From: Hormiphora californensis
Lineage: Eukaryota > Animalia > Ctenophora
Direction: 5' to 3'
DNA: 64,000 bases
Assembly: GCA_020137815.1 (NCBI GenBank)
Contig: CM035351.1
Location: forward strand, 3,162,001-3,226,000
The notes beneath the pieces are model-generated. The model was not told the DNA's origin and ran no database searches. It saw nothing but the letters and a program-made list of their open reading frames with translations. This document shows, one piece after another, positions 58,220-64,000 of the stretch (the stretch's first letter is position 1; each line of letters starts with the position of its first letter). The translations under genes were made by a program, and so were the position numbers.

Positions 58220-60147
58220 ATGGCCAGCAAGTTCGCAGAGGGAGAACGAGTATTGTGTTTTCACGGTCCCTTACTTTACGAGGCTCGGTGTCAGAAACTT
58301 AATTCAGAGGGCGAGGTTAGTAACACTGAGTGGTCACTCCTACCTGACCCACAATTCTCTTCTCCAGCCCGTCACTTTTCCGTTTAGAAGATCGCTTTTG
58401 TTACTCTCGAGGTCCCATCCACAATCCTAAATCCTCACCCCTGGCCCTAATTTGTTTCTAATCTCAGGTTGACCTGTTTTTAATTCACTACAATGGTTGG
58501 AGTCAGAAGTGGGATGAGTGGATTCCAGAAACGCGGATACTAAAATACAACGATGCCAACTTGAAGGTAAACAGGGAAATACGGCTTCACTTTCTGTTTT
58601 GGCAGTTTTTTACTTCCTTGATTCACCTCACACTATACTTACATTTTCTTTCAGAAACAATCAGAGTTACAGAAACACTACAGAAAGAGTCAGAACAGGG
58701 GGAGGAAGAAAATGAAGATGTTGGATACGGTCGAGTCGGAGGATGCATTCGCAGCCAAGGTCCGTCAGTGTTTTTATGTTGGCAGTCCGTGCCGCCCTAA
58801 CTTGCCAAGAGGGTCTACCGAAATGACACTTTTTGTAGAACCCCTCGCGCGGATTTGCGCGCGTACCCTCGATAAGACGCGATTTGAACCCACTTTTTGC
58901 CTCCTCTTGTGCTCCTTCTCCTTCTTCTTCTTCTAAATATCTTGTGCTGCTGATGAAATCACTGGTATGGTGATGACATCACTTAACTGGTGTCTTCCCC
59001 AATCTAAATGTCTTTAACTTCTGCAGGTGTCGATACAGATTGAGATACCTGAACAACTGAAACTATGCCTGCTCGATGACTGGGATCTTATAACCCAACA
59101 GAAACATCTTATAAAGCTACCCAACAGATACACCGTCACTAGAATACTTGGTAAGTGAGGGGTTACTCAACACAGTAAGTGAGGTACCTAATTTATCCAT
59201 ACTACACAGGGTGTCTAACAGTGTGAGCAGATCCGATCTGTGTGTGAGCAGGTCGGTAGAACTTCAAGAATTTACTGTCAGGCCAATCTGAGAATAGGGT
59301 CAGGCCAATGCTCTGACAGAGAATTTAGGGGCTACCTCCATTAATCTGATGTTCTTGTCTAGATGAGTTTCGGTGCTACCAGACGTCACAAGAGAATGAT
59401 AAACATGATGTAAACAGGGACCACGTTCTAGAGGGTATTCTCGGTTATTTCTCTAGACTTCTGGGAATGCAACTTCTCTACAAGTTTGAGAGGCCACAAT
59501 ATGCGGATGTGCTCGAAGAGAATAAAGGTATTGAATCTCTATCTCTCTCTCTCCCTCCCTCTCTCCCTCTTGGATAGGCCCCACCACTAGGAAAGCTGTG
59601 GCTGCTAAAAGTTTCTATAGGAGCTGGGGTCGTATGCAGTCCTTATAATCTCTCCCTCTGTCTGGCTCTTTGTACCATCTCTAACATGTGTGTAATTATG
59701 AACTCGAGCATTTGAACCTCTAACCCATCGCCGTCTCTCACGTCTCCCTTTCTCCTATCCAGGAACACCAGTGTCAGAAATGTACGGTGCGGAACACCTC
59801 CTCCGTCTCTTTACCCGTATTGGGGAGTTACTAGCCTTTACAGAACTTGACAACAATGCTGTGAGGGTGTTACAGAACTACACAGAACAACTTCTCAAAT
59901 TTATAGGTAAAGTTTAAAGATAATAAATGTAAATACAATACAAAATAATTGTAAAATACCAAATACAAAAGGGGGTCACGGGCCTTTTTACATACAAAAA
60001 AGTTAAGTAAATAATAAATTTAATGACTTCTTTTCAGTATCAAAATAACGAGTTTCTCTTCTTTCAGATGATAATAGAGACAGATATCTCAGCTCAGAGA
60101 ACTATTGCATCGCCACACCTGACTACTTAAGAAGAGCAGGAATCTGA
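58220..60147 (+). CDS. MORF4L1: MRG15/MORF4L1 (Eaf3) chromodomain + MRG domain protein, ~7 exons
   Basis: KFAEGERVLCFHGPLLYEARC, IHYNGWSQKWDEWIPETRILKYN, LLDDWDLIT, QLLYKFERPQY, MYGAEHLLRLF, ATPDYLRRAGI*. Confidence 0.94.
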
Positions 60148-60276
60148 GACAGTCCAGAGATCGGGTCACAGCAACTCTCAGATGGGGTCACATGTATCTA
60201 ACTCTCAGATGGGTTATATATTACTGGGTCAGGGTAACATCTAACTCCTCAATTGTCAGGGTGTGTGTGGGGTTAT

Positions 60277-61805
60277 TTACCAGCAACGAACCCCATTGTC
60301 ATCAGCTTCTGCCTGAACCTCCTTCGCAGAATTAGGACTCCTCTTTCCCTTTGTCTCAGGCATTCTGAACTCCAATAGGCCACTGGAGAACGCAAGAGCG
60401 GAAAAGAAAACGAAGGTAGCAGTTTTGTTCCAATCAAACATGAGACTAGCCATGGGTCCAGCGAAAGATCCGAACCGTGCCACTACGGAGCACAAACATG
60501 ACATTTTACCCCGGTGGTTGGTGGGTGATTGCTCGTTAGTGTAGAGATACATGGTACCCCAACAAAGCGACACCATGGTGCTACCCACAAGACTCATCAG
60601 CTGCTGCATGGTCAGGACATCCTGGGTTCCAAACTTTACAGGGGCTATCGCCACCAAGAAAGAGATACCAGCCAGGAAGAATGTGATCACAATGGTCCTC
60701 TTCCTCCCGATAACGTCCTGACTGAACCAGGCCAAGTTAGCTGCTACTATCTCAGCTACTCCTGCAAACAGATAGCTCAGAAGCAGGTTGCTACCCAACT
60801 TGCTCCAACCAAAGTTGAATCCGTAGTAGAGGAATGCGATGACTACCCACTGCCACAACTGGATCAGGAGTTGGATTCTCAGCTCGGGGTAATGGACAAA
60901 GTCACGCAGTCCGTCCATAAAGGTTGATGTACCCGCTCCTAAGTTACTTGGCACCAGGTCGGTCTTCTCAGCGCTGAATGGTCCTCCGTACAGCCGTGCA
61001 AATTGCTTCAGAGCCATCTTAGCCCCCTCCACATCTCCTCTGTTTTCCACGAGGTACTTGGGTGATTCCGGGAAGAGAAGCCAACTGGAGGCAGCTACTA
61101 GGAACACCCCTCCCTCCACCCCGCACAGAATCCTCCAGTTCGAGAAGGCCAGGGAGAGTCCTGGAGCTAGAACACCTAGTCCAACACCCCACATCATGCC
61201 CATAAAGCTGCTAATAAAACCTCTCCATCGGTTAGATGTCAGCTCCAGTATGTAGACGTATGTCCCAGCGAGGCCCAGATATGTCCCCACCCCGAGCAGG
61301 ACCCTGGCCGCCATAAAGAATGCCATGTTAGGAGCTACTGCTGTGATCATCATACAGAGTGCCACCCCGAAATGGCCCGCCATCGCACACCGCCTCCTGC
61401 CCTAGAGTATCAAACAGGGTACTACCTATCAGTAGTCCAACTGGCCCCTCCCACAAAGTAGAGAGAGCTGATCAGAGTGGCTTTGTACTCTTCCCCACAC
61501 ACTAAACCCCACTCCACGGTGTAGGTGGTGGTATTCCAGGTCCATTTAGTGTCCACCCCTGGATCCATCTCACACAGCACCTTCTTGTTGTAGGGGGAGC
61601 CCTCTCCGGTGTAGTTAGCCACCAGATCCTCGCACCGCTCGGTAACGCACTCCCAGTCGGAGTAGGGGATGTAGCCTCCGAATGCTGGGAAGTAGAGAGG
61701 GAGGATAATGCACATGTGGGTGGTGATCAGGAGGGTGGCAAAGAATAAACCCTGCCAAGATCCGGAGCCTTGGATGTCTTCCAGTACTTCGTCAATGGTT
61801 GCCAT
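60277..61805 (-). CDS. SLC22-like (organic cation) MFS transporter, intronless, two apparent extra bases (61442-61443, 61402-61403)
   Basis: MATIDEVLEDIQGSGSWQ, EWGLVC, DTLGRR (after correction), YILELT, FPESPKYL, DVIGRK, YTNEQSPTNHRG, MPETKG. Confidence 0.88.
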
Positions 61806-62099
61806 GGTTACTATGGGAGTTGTGTTGGTTACTAAGGGAGTTGTGTTGGTTACTAAGGGAGGGTTTTTATAATTGTATGGCAGGGAAGGAGGGTTGTTAC
61901 TAAGGCCAGAAGTAAGGTGGGGGTACTATGATATTTGGTTTTTGCACATTATTGTTTTTGTTTATTTAATTCTTATCAATTTTACATCAAAGTTGTTACG
62001 TTATTTACTAAACTGCCTCTACTATTATTACTCCATCACCCTATCCCCCTGTATAGACATTTAATGTCGCTAATCCCGGATTCCCCTTATCTAGGCATT

Positions 62100-64000
62100 A
62101 TGTCACTAAAGCGGCGTGCCTCAGAGGAGTCTGAGGAGAGCCCTAAATCGAAGAGACAGGAAAAGGAGGAAGATGCACCTGCAGTACCAGATAGTACCAC
62201 AACTACTGCAGACACAACCCCAGTTAGGCCTAGCAAAAAGAAGGAAGAGGTAGAGAAGGAGGAAAGTAATGAAGCTGATAAGGTCGAGGAAAAGGAAGCA
62301 GAGAAAAAGGTTGATCCCAGCGAGAAGAAGACAGTAGAGGAGGGTGAGAAGAAAGTAGAAGAGCCAGCTGCGAGCGAGGAGGCCAATAAGGAAACAACAG
62401 AAGAGAAGAGATCTTCAGAAGCAGCTGAGAAGAGTGATGAAGTGACTACATCAAAAGAGGAGACTGCAGATTTAAAGACTGATAACAAAACAGACGAAGT
62501 CAAAGAGGGTGAGGAAGACAAAAAAGAAGAAACACCTGCTGAGGATAAATCAGCTAATGAAGATAAGAAATCAGATACAACAGACGCAAATGATAAGAAA
62601 TCACAGGAGAAGGAGGCTGATAATTCAAAGGAGGCTGATAAAAAGGTTGGGTTTCTGGGAGTGGCGCCCGCTGAAAAGAACAACTCCATATGGTCGAGTG
62701 GGTTCTCTCTCTCCTCATCGAATTACAGCAATGGTAATTTATCAGAATGCGATTATCACATGTACCAGGCCATTTCTTAGAGTGCTGTTTCTAAGAAGTG
62801 GCCCCCATCTCATCCCGTCTGACCACCACGCGTGTTTGGTTACGAAATAACCCCTTGCTTGGCGCGCCGGCAAGGGAGGGGTAACTTCGTTACCACCACG
62901 CGTGTGGGGGTTATCTCGTGCTATCTGTTATTTGTACTTCTATGAAACTTCCTCTCACGCTCCAACTTCTTCCCCCTATAGTCACTCCCCAACTAGGCAG
63001 TAGAACTGCCGCTTCCATTGGTTTTACCGCCTTGTGCTAGCTAGACACATGGTTTTTATCACATCTCTAATCCCATCTTCTCTTTTCATCCTGACCCCCT
63101 TTTCTCTCAATCAGGTAACTCCTCCTCGTCAAGCAGCTCCAACATCTTTGCAGCAGCAATGTCTAGTGTCTCCACTGGATCTGGAATATTCGGATCGAGC
63201 TCGTCAAGTGGAGGAGGAGGTAAGTAATGGAATCCATTCAATGGAACGGATCAGGGTTCCACTGGAATGGAAGTTGGTCAAACAAACGAAATGTCTTTCA
63301 TTCCAAGAAAACAAGGATTTCTTCCTCACGTGCTGACCGCTGCTCCTTATCAGGTTTTGTGTTTGGCGCAAATCTATCCGATAGAGTGGTGGCACCTGCA
63401 GCTAAAGAAGGAGATGTAGCAGCAGAGAAGAAGGAAGGAGACAAAGAGGGGGACTCAGATAAGAAGGAGGAGGGTGCTACAGGGACCCCCAAGAAGGAGG
63501 AGGAGAAAATTTCATTAGTTGAAGTAGGTTATTTGGTATTTATAAGCTGAGATAAAACTTATGTCGAATATTTGGTTATAAGCTGAGATAAAACGGCTCC
63601 CCGATAAAACTTATGTCGAATATTCGACATTCACATATTTCGGCGGAGATTATAATCTCCTTTTAGTGCTGATTATCCCTACAAATTATATAATCTTCGC
63701 CCCGTCATATTCAGCTTGAATTATACCTTCAAACTACAAACTACAAATTAACAGCACTGATAATCCCTATAAAGTATGATAATCTCCATCACGTCAGGTA
63801 AACTCGGGAGAGGAGGGAGAGAAGCGTGTTATCCAGACATCCTGTAAATTGTACCAGTTCTGCCCCACCGCTAAGACATGGGTCGACAGGGGAGGTGGCT
63901 ACCTGCGACTCAATGAGAAGGAAGACGAAGCTGGAGTCGTTTCGAGCAGGCTGGTTTTCAGATCAAAGGCAGTTATGAAGGTAAGAACAGGAGCAAAAGG
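62100..64000 (+). CDS. RANBP3: Ran-binding protein 3-like (FxFG motif + Ran-binding domain); runs off the right edge
   Basis: Basic NLS-like MSLKRR..PKSKR, acidic linker, GFVFGANLSDRV, then SGEEGEKRVIQTSCKLYQF...WVDRGGGYLRLNE...SRLVFRSK. Confidence 0.8.
62836..62896. mobile_element. 61-bp MITE with 9-bp TSD, same TIR family as 26354-26445
   Basis: CACGCGTGT|TTGGTTACGAAATAACCCCT...GGGGTAACTTCGTTACCAC|CACGCGTGT in a RANBP3 intron. Confidence 0.8.

Overview
Eukaryotic (animal) genomic DNA, most likely a ctenophore. The GPCR style and a 109-bp MITE resemble what I recall from Pleurobrachia gene models; this is recall, not a search result. About 0.4-17.5 kb is gene-poor (GA/CT microsatellites, MITEs, a 1.57-kb foldback element, degraded repeats) and lies upstream of an edge-truncated class-A GPCR. 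About 17.7-64 kb is a dense block of housekeeping genes in co-oriented runs: (-) RPL28>MSH2>DPY19; (+) NAA25>NOP10>RPL18; (-) RPL23; (-) UPF3>ERK; (+) AEN/ISG20L2-like>WDR18>MRG15; (-) SLC22-like; (+) RANBP3 (truncated). Main observations: (1) nearly every gene has an apparently unpaired 3' splice acceptor just before its ATG, with gaps as short as about 80-140 bp, which suggests SL-trans-spliced operons. (2) Intronic minisatellites are tandem amplifications of the 3' splice site; one array repeats branch point, pyrimidine tract and AG|GT. (3) ERK has a canonical U12-type intron. (4) A three-level nested insertion (MITE in DNA element in LINE) has intact TSDs and a tRNA-like head. (5) Six +1 frameshifts in four conserved genes all read as two synonymous wobble bases side by side, most likely a heterozygous-consensus artefact. 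Exon boundaries were read by eye and may be off by a few bases.
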